Positions 14,053 through 29,000 are shown, counted from the first letter of the stretch. The stretch is DNA of 64,000 nt from Eledone cirrhosa (GCA_964016885.1 OZ024749.1:29946001-30010000), one strand, 5' to 3'. Made by a program: numbers and translations. Notes: generated by a model from the letters alone, not told the origin.

Positions 14053-14176
14053 TCCAGACGGCCGTTTCATTATAAGATTTCTACAATTTGGGATAAATAA
14101 TTTCCAGGTTATCTAGAAACTTGTATATAATCCTTTGTTTTATACACAAGCGGGCTCTTATAAACTCATCAGTGGA
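14053..14176 (-). ncRNA. Type I hammerhead motif with a ~100 nt branched stem II
   Basis: Minus strand reads TCCA-CTGATGA-gtTTATAAGA...TCTTATAAt-GAAA-CGGCCG-TC-TGGA, with internal hairpins CTTGTGTATAA/TTATATACAAG and TTTCTA/TAGAAA. Confidence 0.75.
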
Positions 14177-14501
14177 TGCCCAAGTAATATCGATATAAGA
14201 ATTATATCAACATTAATAGAATGGTGATGGTATCCCTCAGCGCTAAGAAGAGACTGGTAGATTAGAAAATCCAGCAGTCTTCCCAAAGATAAAATACACG
14301 CTGTCCCCAAAAGGGTAAAGGGAGGTCATCTTAAAATAAAACAATATACACGCTTCCTATATATATATATATATATAGGAAGAGAGCCAGGGCCTCGACG
14401 GCGGAGCTCCTGAATCTTTTCCTATTCCCCACTCTACTACCCTAAATATTGAGTAATCTGGTGCGTTATGGTCCACCTGGTATCTTACCACATCCTCTTT
14501 G

Positions 14502-14557
<56 letters not shown>

Positions 14558-14849
14558 TATAAATTATGTCCATAGAATTATTTGATAAGATATATACTCC
14601 ATTTCCTCTCCCAGTTAGCATAATCAACCACAAAAAAAACAAAACAAATAAACCAGGCTATAAGATTAAAAGGCACCTATGAAGAAATAATAGATAAATA
14701 AACGACAGCCATCTATTCGCGATCAACATCTATAGAATATTTACCCAGCATTTCAATAGCACGTGGAAATCGATTAAATATATCGTCAACCATAAACAAT
14801 TAGGTATAAGATTAAAGTTAGAAGAAAAAATGGATATACACATACCAGG

Positions 14850-14916
<67 letters not shown>

Positions 14917-15358
14917 CGTGTGTGTGTATATATATATTAGTTTACGAAGGTAGTCATACAGCATAGGTAGAGCTTCGGCCATTTCCTCACCCACTCAATG
15001 ATATAATTACGTTTTTGCAATTAAAAATGAAAACCCATTATTCAGAGTGCACACGTATGTTAATCAGTAAGATAAACGACTTCATGTGAGTATATCATTC
15101 TATATTTTTATCTTTCCATTTTGAGAAAACAACTCCAAACATCGGCACTGAGCATATAGAAAAAATAGAAATAAAAGAGGCAAGCTTAACTCCATCGTTA
15201 TATTTTTCTGTTTTTTTTTAATGACCAAATTCTAACCCTCTGATGAGGTCATAGCTGTTGTATAATGGTTATCACCGAAATAAATATAACAGCAAATATA
15301 AATAAACAAAATTAATTTTAACATGCTGACTTATACTTCTTGTTTGTATATATATATA

Positions 15359-15459
<101 letters not shown>

Positions 15460-15793
15460 ATGTGTGTGTATATGTGTGTGTGTGTATGAGAGAGAGGGAG
15501 AGAGAGAGTTGTGTGTGCCGAGCCGCGTGTGGAATATCAACGAAGAGGGTGGTTTGATTGGAACTTCAAAGTAATGTTCTACTAACAGCACCACAACTAA
15601 TAAATTATCTGTTTGGATTAGTTGAGAATAAATGAGGTATTAACCACTTGAAGCGGGAAAAACTGGAGATTTTCACGTTTCCCGCCTCAACGAATTCTAT
15701 CCTCGATTTATTCTCAATTATATATTAGTGATAAATTTTGCGATGATATTTCTATATATACAAATACATATATACGCATATATATATGTATAT

Positions 15794-15824
<31 letters not shown>

Positions 15825-15825
<1 letters not shown>

Positions 15826-16440
15826 GGTGGCTGCCAACTCGTTTTTGAGTACGGCCACTACTTTACATCCATGTAGGAGAACCCCTACCGATGCGCTGAA
15901 CGAGTGTGACTTTTTAGTCCAGTCAGCGACTTGAAAACTCTGGTACAAACACTACACTTGTGACAATTATTGACACATAGTGCTAGGCCCATGATACCAT
16001 GTGACGACAAGTGCAGAGAGATCTCCAGATATAAAGCAATGCCTGTGCCGTTAAGCTTTTATAGTGAGCAAAGGCACTGCAGAAAGCCAGTCCCACTCTC
16101 TTAACCAAGATGATATTTACCAAAAAGAAGAACAAGTCAACATCATTGCATACCATCAGGGTTGCAGGTGTTATATCAGAGTTTTCCTTCTTTTAGAATT
16201 CTGCCTTGACAAAGGCTAATGGCTAAGGGGTCATCTCTCCCGGTGATTTTGGATGGCAATTGACTCTTAAGAGCTCCTTTGCCCTTTGACAGGTTTTGTT
16301 TTTAGTCCTGCAGGATGGCCAAAGTCACCCTCCTCACCAAGAAACCTTGATGGGGTTGCCAGTTTAGTCGCCAACGACCCGACCATGAGACAGGTTGTAC
16401 TGGGATACATCTTACCAGTAGCACCAACTGTTGACCTGAC
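15825..16440 (-). mobile_element. Short non-autonomous retroelement with an RTE-like 3' tail
   Basis: Near-identical copy at 62991-63467. The 3' end ctcaaaaacgagttggcagccacca resembles the LINE 3' end at ~46845-46869. Confidence 0.7.
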
Positions 16441-16442
16441 AT

Positions 16443-16491
<49 letters not shown>

Positions 16492-17568
16492 GTGAGTTTT
16501 ATTGTAGCACAATAAAGCAATGCAAATATCTGATAAGTAGCACTCAACAGTTTATAGGACTGGAGTATAAATAATATAAAATCAAAAGATGGTTAAAAGA
16601 GTTCCACGTATTTTATTATGCGCATTTCAAAAACAAATATCATCATGGGATGATATTTGCGTTCTCATCAGATATGAAGCTTAAAAAACACTTGCGAGCA
16701 GTGAAGTGTTAAATCAACATATGAAAACTAAAATAAGATGGACATATGAGATTGGAAAAAAAGGAAAGGAAGGGGGGAAGGAAAAGGTAAGGAAGAGGAA
16801 GAAAGAATATAGATAGAGGAAAAAATATATATATAATAATAAGGAGAGGATGACGGAGGAGGAGTATAAGAAGGAATGATGAGAGAGGAGGAGAAAATGA
16901 GTGAGAGAGAGAACCTTTAATACTGAGAAACACTGTCTCACAGAGAAAAAAAAATAAAATTAGAAATTAAAATTTAATGAGGTTTATGAATGGTGATGTT
17001 TATGATTAAAGAAAAAGGGATTAAGAATACTATTTATTTAAGGTTTATATATTGAAGGATTTAAAAAGATGTGCGAAAAGGAATTCATTAAAATGTATTA
17101 TTAAAATAAAATGTATTAAGAAGATAAGGTGAATGAAGATAAGGTTAAATGAATTATGAACTTAGAGGGATTAATTAGGGTCCAAGTTTGTTTCTATATA
17201 TTGTAATAGGAAGAAGTAAATAATAGATTTAATACGAGCACGGAAGGAGAGAAGAAAGAAGAGATTCAAGGTAGAAAAAATATAACGTCAAAAAAAATAT
17301 ATTTACAAAATTTCTCTAATGGTAATATTAGCATATATTAAAAATAAAAATTTGTATGGCCGAGAATATAAGGAAAATGCTTTCATCTTTTGATTTTATA
17401 TTATTTATACTCCAGTCCTATAAACTGTTGAATGCTACTTATCTGATATTTGCATTGCTTTATTGTGCTACAATAAAACTCACCTCATACATTAACTTGC
17501 TCCTTGACTGTTTGAGCGCTAACTCTTATATTGGATACCTTCGATGGTCTCTAATTTTCTTCTATAAC

Positions 17569-19190
17569 ATGGATTATTACAACATCACAACTTCCCTCAA
17601 AGACATTCCTATACCTGGTAAATCTGAATTCACTAAACATCTGATTGAAAAAACTGACTCTTTTGTGAGAAGACTTAGATGGAGTGCTTAAAAGGAAACT
17701 GTTATACTAAGGAACGTAACAATATTGATTATTTATTTATCTCTAGAAGAAATCCTCCTTTCAATAAAAATCTAGCACAGTTTTAGGAAGAATTAACTAA
17801 TATTATAGAGGACTTACATTCAAGAGAAACCCTTATAGAGGACAGGAGCACCTTATAAATCTCAGGAATACGATTTCGGATCTTAACTCTTCTATAAAAG
17901 TCTTAGTCCATTCCGACAAAACTAATAATTTATATGGTGTACCTAAAGGTAAATATAATAACCTTATCCTTAAGGAACTAAGGAAGAATTATCGTAAAAC
18001 TAACCATGAGAATCTGGAATCAATAAACCTGGAAGATTCTGAGATTATGTCTAAACTTGGCATCGAGAAAAAGACCGAACCATTCTTCCCAAGAACTCCG
18101 AGGATAAATCTTAAGGATCACAAAAGTAACTGTCGAACGGAACTGCCTGTTAGACTAATCGTCCCCTCTAAATCCGATCTGGGGATTGTTAGTAAATCCA
18201 TCTTGGATAGAATTATCCCACAGGTTCGTTCTAATTGCTCTATTTCTATCTTAAATTTATGGATTGGTACATCTGATGTAATTGACTGGTTCAATGACCT
18301 GAATAATAAAAACAAACACAAATTTATTCAGTTTGACATTGCCAGTTACTATTCTTCTATTTCGCCTTCACTCCTCAACAACGCTCTCTCTTTTGCCTTT
18401 AAATATTCTGACATCACCACAGATGAACTATACATCATTCCCACCGCAAGAAAAACTATTATTATTAGTAATATTCCTAAACTATTTTTTAGGGCCTTAG
18501 ATAAATGCTTCCCTCCTTCACATATTTATAGTAAGATCTTTAATAAACATACAATTAAATTTTCTTATTCCACCACTTCCAACATCTCTAACATTATCTC
18601 AAAACATAATAATAAAATATTAAGTAATAAATTATATCCATCCAACACTGAGCGTCATAATAATAGCAATAGTAAACCCGACGTCAATGTTAACTCTAGG
18701 CTAGATTCCGTAAATTTAAATACGACGTCAAACGTAACTTTGTCGAATGTTCATAATACCAATCTAAATCAGGAAACTTTAGCACCTATCGTAAGTAACT
18801 TCTCCAATTCTATTCCTTCTATAAATAATACTAGGTCACTTGCTTATAACTCTGGTAATTTCTCTAATCGTAATTGCAATTGCCCTATTAGAACTAAATG
18901 TCCTCTTAGTAACCAATGTCTTGATAAAAATTTAGTGTATGAATGTAAGGTTATAACTGGTACTAATTCTTTTACCTATTTTGGTTCCACTTCCACTTCC
19001 TTTAAAGCAAAATTTTATAATCAAAATTCCTCTTTTAAATACCAACTTAAAAGAACTAACACGGCACTCTCATATGGTCCTTAAAGGACAAAAATATTAA
19101 CTACAGCATTTCTTGGAGGAACATGTAATCTCTGTCTAGCGGAGAAATTTACCATTATCTCTAATTTTAATTCTATAATAAATAGACGTA
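17569..19190 (+). pseudogene. PLE reverse transcriptase / GIY-YIG endonuclease pseudogene
   Basis: Motifs SLKDIPIP..F.K.LIEKTDSFVRRLRW, SDKTNNLY, LKDHKSN...RLI.PSKSDLG, FIQFDIASYYSSI, CNCPIRTKCPLSNQCLDKNLVY...TYFGST and CNLCLAEK. It has stops and frameshifts, and the RT catalytic DD region is deleted. Confidence 0.85.
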
Positions 19191-19815
19191 ATATTTTACT
19201 ACCTAACTAGTTTAAAATCTTCTTTTTTCAAACGCGTTTATATATTTTTTACAAATATACCCATCTTTCTACTTTATTTCAGTATATTATACAATATTAC
19301 TCATACTATGTCGTTAGCGGGCCCCTAATTTACCATTATCTCTAATTTTAATTCTATAATAAATAGACGTACAGATTCATTTTCGCTCTGCTTGCATAAA
19401 TCCCATAGAACTTTCCATAAAGTATACAGCGAATATCTTACTACCTAACTAGTTTAAAATCTTCTTTTCTCAAACGCATTTATATATTTTTTACAAATAT
19501 ACCCATCTTTCTACCTTATTTCAGTATAATATAAAATATTACTCATACTATGTCGTTAGCGGGCCCCTAATTTACCATTATCTCTAATTTTAATTCTATA
19601 ATAAAAAGACGTACGGATTCATTTTCGTTTGCTTGCATAAATCCCATAGAACTTTCCATAAAGTATACAGCTAATATCTTACTACCTAATTAGTTTTAAA
19701 ATCTTCTTTTTCTCAAACGCTTTTATATTTTTTTTACAAATATACCCATTTTTCTACATTATTTCAGTATATTATATTATACAATATTACTCATACTATG
19801 TCGTTAGCGGTCCTC
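19149..19815. repeat. ~240 bp tandem repeat (x3, first unit shortened) over the PLE ORF end
   Basis: ttaccattatctctaattttaattctataataaa recurs at ~19149, ~19329 and ~19571. Confidence 0.9.
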
Positions 19816-20605
19816 TAATTTTCTTCTTTTTTAATTTCTAATCTTTAATCTGCAACTTTTACTTCTCAATTACTTCTTAGTTCATATTATAACTCACTAT
19901 AGCATTTTCCTTATATTCTCGGCCATACAAACTTTTATTTTTAATATATACTAATATTACCATTAGAGAAATTTTGTAAACATATATGTTTTCTCCCTTG
20001 AATCTCTTCTTTCTTCTCTCCTTCCGTGCTCGTATTAAATCTATTATTTACTTCTTCCTATTACAATATATAGAAACAAACTTGGACCCTAATTAATCCC
20101 TCTAAGTTCATAATTCATTTAACCTTATCTTCATTCATCTTATCTTCTTAATATATTTTATTTTAATAATACATTTTAATAAATTCCTTTCCGCACATCT
20201 TTTTAAATCCTTCAATATATAAACCTTAAATAAATAGTATTCTTAATCACTTTTTCTTTAATCATAAGCATCACCATTCATAAACCTCATTAGCTTTTAA
20301 TTTCTAATTTTTATTTCTAAAATCTTTCTCTGTGAGATAGTATTAAAGGTTCTCTCTCTCTCTCACTCATTTTCTCCTCCTCTCTCATCATTCCTTCTTA
20401 TACTCCTCCTCCGTCATCCTCTCCTTATTATTATATATATATTTTTTCCTCTATCTATATTCTTTCTTCCTCTTCCTTACCTTTTCCTTCCCCCCTTCCT
20501 TTCCTTTTTTTTCCAATCTCATATATTCATCTTATTTTATTTTTCATATGTTGATTTAACACTTCACTGCTCGCAAGTGTTTTTTAAGCTTCATATCATT
20601 CTCCC

Positions 20606-20663
20606 TATTTTATCTGATGAGAACGCAAATATCATTTGTTTGTGAAATGCGCATAATAAAATA
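20606..20663 (+). ncRNA. Hammerhead motif in the PLE 3' pLTR
   Basis: TATTTTAT-CTGATGA-GAACGCAAATatcATTTGTTTGT-GAAA-TGCGCA-TA-ATAAAATA: 8 bp stem I, palindromic stem III. Confidence 0.8.
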
Positions 20664-20780
20664 CATGGAACTCTTTTAACCATCTTTTGATTTTATATTA
20701 TTTATACTCCAGTCCTATAAACTGTTGAGTGCTACTTATCCTATATTTGCATTGCTTTATTGTGCTACAATAAAACTCAC

Positions 20781-20863
<83 letters not shown>

Positions 20864-20904
20864 TTATATTTATATATATATTTATATTTATATATATATA
20901 TTTA

Positions 20905-20974
<70 letters not shown>

Positions 20975-21263
20975 TATGTATGTATTTGTATATATAGAAA
21001 TATCATCGCGAAATTTATCACTAATATATAATTGAGAATAAATCGAGGATAGAATCCGTTGAGGCGGGAAAAGTGAAAATCTCCAGTTTTTCCCGCTTCA
21101 AGTGGTTAATACCTCATTTATTCTCAACTAATCCAAACAGATAATTTATTAGTTGTGGTGCTGTTAGTAGAACATTACTTTGAAGTTCGAATCAAACCAC
21201 CCTCTTCGTTGATATTCCACACGCGGCTCGGCACACACAACTCTCTCTCTCCCTCTCTCTCAT

Positions 21264-21380
<117 letters not shown>

Positions 21381-21823
21381 TATATATATATACAAACAAG
21401 AAGTATAAGTCAGCATGTTAAAATTAATTTTGTTTATTTATATTTGCTGTTATATTTATTTCGGTGATAACCATTATACAACAGCTATGACCTAATCAGA
21501 GGGCTAGTATTTGGTCATTAAAAAAAACAGAAAAATATAACGATGGAGTTAAGCTTGCCTCTTTTATTTCTATTTTTTCTATATGCTCAGTGCCGAGGCT
21601 TGGAGTTGTTTTCTCAAAATGGAAAGATAAAAATATAGAATGATATACTCACATGAAGTCGTTTATCTTACTGATTAACATACGTGTGCACTCTGAATAA
21701 TGGGTTTTCATTTTTAATTGCAAAAACATAATTATACCATTGAGTGGGTGAGGAAATGGCCGAAGCTCTTCCTATGCTGTATGACTACCTTCGTAAACTA
21801 ATACACACACACACACACACACA

Positions 21824-21859
<36 letters not shown>

Positions 21860-21864
21860 ATCCT

Positions 21865-21940
21865 CTGGTTGGGTTGTTATTTCACTGAGGAACTGGAATC
21901 ATATGATTCTAGTTCATTAGTGAAATAACAACCCAACCAG
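21865..21940. repeat. Near-perfect 76 nt palindrome
   Basis: ctggttgggttgttatttcact...gaatcat|atgattc...agtgaaataacaacccaaccag. Confidence 0.9.
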
Positions 21941-22017
21941 GAACTGGGCATAACAGAGTATTGACAAAGTTAAACACCTGAACAACATGTGTACTCGTCT
22001 CTACCACACTAATTCGG

Positions 22018-22072
22018 ACTGCCTGAAGAGGTCACAGCCAAAGATGGCTGTCACCGAAATATTTATACCAGT
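22018..22072 (+). ncRNA. Hammerhead motif, same family as 11476 and 15240
   Basis: ACTGC-CTGAAGA-GGTCACAGCCAaagaTGGCTGTCACC-GAAA-TATTTA-TA-CCAGT. Confidence 0.75.
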
Positions 22073-22219
22073 AATAAACGAAGCCACATTTTAAACATTT
22101 GACTTATTTATTTTATTTTATTTTACATTACTCCGGAGTAACCAAACCATCCTGCGCACTTTGTCGAGTGCTCCAATCTGCATACTGAGGTGTTGGTATA
22201 CAACCAACATATACTCAAA

Positions 22220-22274
<55 letters not shown>

Positions 22275-22387
22275 CGTATATATATATGTATATAGATATG
22301 AATATATATATATATATATAGATAGATAAAGATAAATATTACAAGAATTTTAAGTATTGAGAACCACGATGAATAAATTGTTATGTA

Positions 22388-22419
<32 letters not shown>

Positions 22420-22546
22420 AATACATCTATGTATGTATGAATGTATGTATATATATATATATATGCAGAGGTTATATTTAATTTATTGGGATTCAACAAG
22501 CTGAAACATTTTTTTTTTACCTACCCAACTCAATGGATATATAAAG

Positions 22547-22654
<108 letters not shown>

Positions 22655-23146
22655 TTATTTATTTATATATCCATTGAGATGGGTAGGTAAAGCAATCTCA
22701 CTGAATCCTTTCATTTCATTTGAACAGCAGTGAAAAGTTGGAAATCAATAATCCCACAGTGAGGAAGTGATCAATTCAGCATGTCAAAACTGGGATCGGG
22801 GTGGCGGTGATTGGATATGTGGCTGAGGTATATCAACCACCGAGGTGACAGATATACATCAATAGATCAATGATATAGAATAAAAACAAACAAAATAATG
22901 AAAGAATCGTATAAATATAGTATATTAGGAATATATATGAATACATTAGTAATGGAAGAAAAATATAGAATCAAGATTAATAACTAGATATATATATATA
23001 TATATGTTATAGTATATATATGTGATAATAATATATATATATATGAACCAAACTCTGTATAAGCTGGACGCTTTGTATGTATGTATGTATGTATCTATCT
23101 ATACGTGGTGTATCTATACTCGTGTAGAGATATGTATAATTATTAA

Positions 23147-23181
<35 letters not shown>

Positions 23182-23205
23182 GAGGTTATAAGAAAGTTAT
23201 ATTTA

Positions 23206-23486
<281 letters not shown>

Positions 23487-23547
23487 CATGCATACATATA
23501 TATATATATATACATACATATATATATATACACAGAAATATCCACGG

Positions 23548-23578
<31 letters not shown>

Positions 23579-23632
23579 ATGTGTGTGTGTGTGTGTAATG
23601 ATATATGTACACACACTTAGCACACAGCCACA

Positions 23633-23714
<82 letters not shown>

Positions 23715-23914
23715 TATATATATATATATATAGATATATGATGAATAAAATAACAGGAGGCTGGACTGGTGTAAATCCTTGAAAAGTTTATTATACTATT
23801 ATCACCGGGTTCCGTATGAATCCGGTGATGTATAAAAAAAGTTGAGTACTTTCCATAATATTGAGATTGACCATACGGAATGACCAATTCTATCCGGTGG
23901 TGAACCAACAAACC

Positions 23915-23952
<38 letters not shown>

Positions 23953-24231
23953 ATTCACTAACGACTGAATGGAAAATCTTGATTTACCTGCCCATATATT
24001 TATCTATCTATCTATCTATCTATCTATCTTGATAGAGTAAGACACGCTTCGCATCGGCTCCGCTATTCCATCGGGATTTACCCTTACTATTGTAAGTACC
24101 GGATAAATTTTTTAGTGCAACACATTTGGAACACTAACCCCTGTTATTTAGGGAAACATTTTTGCATTTACCCCCTTTTTAGGGGGTAAAATAAATATCT
24201 ATTTTTGTCGAAAAATTTCTTTCTTGGCAGC

Positions 24232-26067
24232 ATGGCGGAAAAGATGGCAGACATGTCTGCCATTAGCTCTGCCACGCCCCCCAAGTCTGAAGAACAAAAA
24301 ATAATTACAACAAAATTAGACATTGAAACAAACAAACAAAATGAAAAAACAAATGTTAAGGAAAATGAGCAAACAGAAAACAAACAAACAGAAAATAATA
24401 CAAATAACGACAGGGCAACTTTCGCCCAGAAAACAAAGCAATCCATTACATACACACCAATTGACCTAACTGCCGCCAGAGAAAAACTGGCCGAAGCAAA
24501 GAAACATATTGTTTTGGGGGAGAACGGAATGTTTTCCATTAACTCCCCCCCAGAATTCAAGAAAGCCAGAGCAGAAAACACAGTTATATACAGAACTATA
24601 CTAAACCAGTCAAGAAAGCCAGCACAGCCCAGCCAAATGGAAATAGAGTTAGTCCTAAAAGACTATATGAAGAATATTCTCTTCATACGAAAGGACCGAC
24701 TCTATGGCAGCATTTCGGTCCTAACAAGAGACAAAGAAACGGCGGTTCAGCTTTCCCTAAGCCCACTCTCGTCGACAACATATAGCTTCTATCCCTCCTA
24801 CATGGGTAGAAGAACACAGAGGGTAAAAGTAAAAACAATGCTGCCCACAATGGACTTCTGGTGGGCTATTGCTGGCTTCATTGATATGGGCGAAGACACT
24901 ATGCTGTCAATGGGGAAGGCAACTGGAGATGCGTTCCTGGGAATGGGCCTCGACATACTAGTCCAAATGAGGCCCGAAAGAATAGCACAAATCCCGGATC
25001 GCATCTGGCTGGATGACCTTACCCCAATAGACATAATTGTAGAGGGGAGAAGACCAGCATGCTATTTATGCATGGAAAGGGGACACGTTAAGGCTAACTG
25101 CCCGAAACGTATCCCCCAAAAAGGACTATTGCCCACACCCACCACAAACAGTACACCAGCACCACCCACCTCCAAAAATACACTAATACCACACACAGCA
25201 AACAAAATACAGACACCACCAACCACAAACACAACACAAACATCACCACCACCAGCACCAAACACAAGCACGACACAAAAATCACCACCACCAACCACAA
25301 CATAAACATCACCACCACCATTACCAACCACAAGCACGACACAAACATTACCACCACCACCACCACAAAACCCATTCCAAACAAATAATAAAAAAAACAG
25401 TAACAAATCTACCCCTCCCGCAAAAAAAAAACAACCACACAACACGTCCCTCCCACCTAGCGCTGAAGAGTTTCCCCCAACTTCTGAAGAAGAAGGAGGA
25501 GAAGCCTTCAGACAAGTTAAAAGAAAAAAAAGAAAACACACACCCAGCACACCACAAATAACCCACACACAAACACCAACTCCAATCAAAAACACCCCAC
25601 CCTCAACAAACAAAAATAAATCTGCGCCTCCCCTCTCCGAAACATTGACAGCATCACAAAAAAAGACGTTGCAATACACATATATAAATAAAGAAAACAA
25701 AAAACTGGTTAAATTAATAAACAATAACCCTATGGTGCAGACCGAAGGGCCAAACTTTATCTCAACAGAGAACTTCACCCATTTAAAAATGATAAAGGTC
25801 CCTCTGGACCTTTATCGTTCCTTAAAAGAACAATTTAGACGGGACGTGAGCCCCCCCTGTTTAAAACCGTTGAATCGCGTCCTCTTGAAAGATTTCCCCA
25901 TAACCGCCCCTCTCCCTGACACAACTCCAAATACCCCAACCCCACCACACACGTGTACCCCCACACCACCACAAAACATCCCTCCACCCAACACACCTGA
26001 TGCCATGGAAATTACGCAACCCGGAGAGGTAAGTGCTTTTCTTTCTTCACTTTCAACACCAAAATAG
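24232..26067 (+). CDS. LINE ORF1 (gag-like, CCHC knuckle) with one premature stop at 25303-25305
   Basis: CYLCMERGHVKANC knuckle preceded by IIVEGRRP. The same frame continues through the Pro/Thr-rich repeats to the TAG ending at 26067; the TAA sits where sibling repeat units have CAA. Confidence 0.8.
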
Positions 26068-26072
26068 ATCAA

Positions 26073-29000
26073 TTGAGAGTTGGCTGTTTGAACGCGCGTG
26101 GCCTGAGCTCAGCTTGGAAGCAAGCAAAGCTTCTAAGTGACCTCAGGTCACAAAGTATAGATGTGATGGTTGTTTGCGAGAGTCGGATCAGCAGCGTGAG
26201 ACAGCTGGCGCCCGCCTTCGATGACTTTGAGATGCACGCATCTCTCTGTCAACCCGGAGGCGGGGGGGGGGGGGAGTTGCCGTACTGCTGGATAAACGTC
26301 TGACTCTCGACGTACAGATTGTTCACTCGGACCCGGGGGGTCGATTACTGGTGCTGGACGTCGGAGGTGGTGAAGGCGGGGCTTTCAGACTGGTCGGTCT
26401 TTATGCTCCCTTCGGGGCGGAGAGAGCCGACTTCTTCCAACGTCTGGAGACTTTTCTAGGAACGTCGCGTTCCCTGCTTTTAGTGGGGGACTGGAATGGA
26501 ATCCTAGATGCGCGTTGGGACTATGCAGGGGCATGTCCCGATAGAGGGGGGTGTAGCAGCCTCAAGGGGTTACTCGATCGATTCGACCTGGTCGATAGAT
26601 TTCGACTAGATTGTCCAACTGCGCCAACCTGGACCTGGGCAAACCGCAGTGGACAATCTAGATCGTACCTAGATAGGTTTTTGGTTAGGAGTAAGGATAG
26701 GGACGTATTTAGTTGTCCAGAACTGATCATGGTTGGCTATTCAGATCACAAATTAGTGACCTGCGTGGTCAACCTTGATAGAACGCATAGACAGGGTCCC
26801 GGTTACTGGAAGATGAACTTGTCCTTACCGACAAAGAAAGATTACAGAAACCGGATTAGTAGCTTAGTTAAGATGCGGTTGACGGGAGCGATCGTCAACA
26901 GTAGGTGGTGGATATCTCTAAAGAGAGAGATTAGAGTAAGTTCGATAGGTTACAGTAAGGAACTAGCGGCGAATAGAAATAGGAGGGAAAGGGAGTTAAC
27001 AGATAAACTAGAAGAGGCGATTAGGAGCGGAGACGTAGCCAGAGTGTTAGCGACGAGAACGGCATTGAGCCAGTTCTTTGACGCGAAGCACGAAGGCTGC
27101 GTTGTCCGAAGTAAAATACGTGCTTTAGGAAACGAGGGGACCAAAGCTGTTAGCTGGGCCCGCGTGACAGAAGCCAAGAGTGGGATTAAATCCACCATTC
27201 GGTCTTTGCGAGACCAGGATGGACGGGTGATCCTTGAACCTGAGCGAATGTGCGAGACCTTTCAAAGGCACTTTGCTCGACTGTTCGGAGGTGGCGGGGG
27301 GCCGGACGGGGATGTGGACTTCGGTCCATACCTCGACGGTCTACCGCGTCTTTCGAGCGGCGAAGCGGAGTGCTGCGAAGGGCCAATCACAGCCACTGAA
27401 ATCGGGGAAGCGCTCAGCCAATGCAGCAGACGCAAATCCCCGGGTCTCGATGGTCTACCATACGAACTTTATTTAGCTATGCCGGTCTTGTTCTCCGAAC
27501 TCCTCGAGGCTGTCTATTGCAACTGGCAACAGAACGGGAGAATTCCCTGTTCTGTGACCAAGGGCGTGGTCACGCTAGTGAGGAAGGACGAGAGCAAGGG
27601 GGACGACTTAAGTAACTTTAGGCCCATAACTCTGCTGAATGCAGAGTTACAGATTTTGGCCAAGGTGTTGGCGAAGAGGTTGGCGCTTGTGGTGGGTGGT
27701 TTGGTGGGAGACGCGCAGACATGCGCTATCCCGTCCAGGTCCATTCACGACAACCTCCACCTCATGCGATACATCATAGAGAGGGTTGGCTACGAACCCG
27801 GCTTTGGTGGGGCCCTGATCAACTTGGATCAATCTAAGGCGTTCGATAGGGTCGACCATGGTTACCTGGATGCGGTGCTAGCGGCGGCGGGCTTCGGACC
27901 CGTTTTCAGGGGCTGGATTTCTGCCATGCACAGTGGCAACATCTACTCTAGGATTAAAGTAAACGGCTACCTCTCGGAGCCGTTTCAAATCACCCGATCC
28001 ATCAGACAGGGGTGCCCCCTCTCCTCCCTTCTGTACGTATTGACTCTCGAGCCACTGCTGCGGAAGTTGGAGTTGCTGCGGGGCATACCCCTGGAACCGG
28101 GATTGCACAAAGCGGTCTCGGCCTATGCCGACGACGTAACAGTAATGGTGGCGGACGCCTCGGAAATCGGGGCGATCGCCACCCTACTGGAGGAATACGA
28201 AAGGCTGACGGGGGCTAAGCTGAACCAGGACAAGTCAGTCGGTTTGCAACTCGGAACGTGGAGGGGCAAACCGATGCCGTTAGACGGTGTCGTCGGGCGG
28301 TGGACGGAGGGCCCGGTGAAGCTGCTCGGGGTCTGGTTCGGACCGGACCTCCAGGTGGAGAAGAATTGGGGCGAGGTGACGAGCAGGGTGTTTGCGCTGA
28401 CCCAGAAGTGGGCCAAGTGCAAACTATCACTGAAAGGTCGGGCGGAGGTGACGAACGCTTACATAGCGTCCGTCATCTACTACCGCCTGACCGTCGTGCC
28501 TTGCCCCAAGGAAAAGCTCACCATCATGGAACGCATGCTCTTCCAGTTCCTCTGGAAGAAGCGGCCTCCCATGGTGAGGAGATCCATCTGCTGCCAGCAC
28601 CCTTCGAAAGGAGGGCTGGGTATGCCGTGGCTGTTGATGCGTAGGCACGCATTGAGGCTACGGCATCTACAGGTATTCCTCAACGGTCAGCCGGTGTGGG
28701 CCCCGTTTGTGAGGCGAGCCTTCCCACAGCTCGTCTCGCTCACCGAACTGCAATCCTGGGTGAAGCAAAGACCGAGAAAACTGGGCAACTGGCACACTGA
28801 GTGTGCCCAGGCGCTCACGGCTATCTGGCAAGCGGACCCGACTGTCAGTGGAGAATCCACCTCGACATTCTATAGAGGGTTGGTGGCTAGCAGGGGCGAC
28901 GACACCCTTGGAGAGTCGCTAGGCATGGAGGAGGACGAACTGGCCAGCCTGTTCGGTAGAACTTTCGGCCCGGGACCTATGGACAACTTCCAGAGGTCCC

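Larger units (their letters stand above)
16488..20784 (+). mobile_element. Decayed Penelope-like element (Naiad-type) with inverted 5' pLTR
   Basis: Inverted arms 16488-17381 and 19901-20784; partial direct pLTR copy ~17384-17487; RT and GIY-YIG remnants in between; (TA)n on both flanks. Confidence 0.85.

Noticed and set aside
18870-18920. Selenocysteine recoding as reported for some Naiad PLEs
   Set aside because: The CNC..C..C cysteines use TGC/TGT codons, with no in-frame TGA at these positions.
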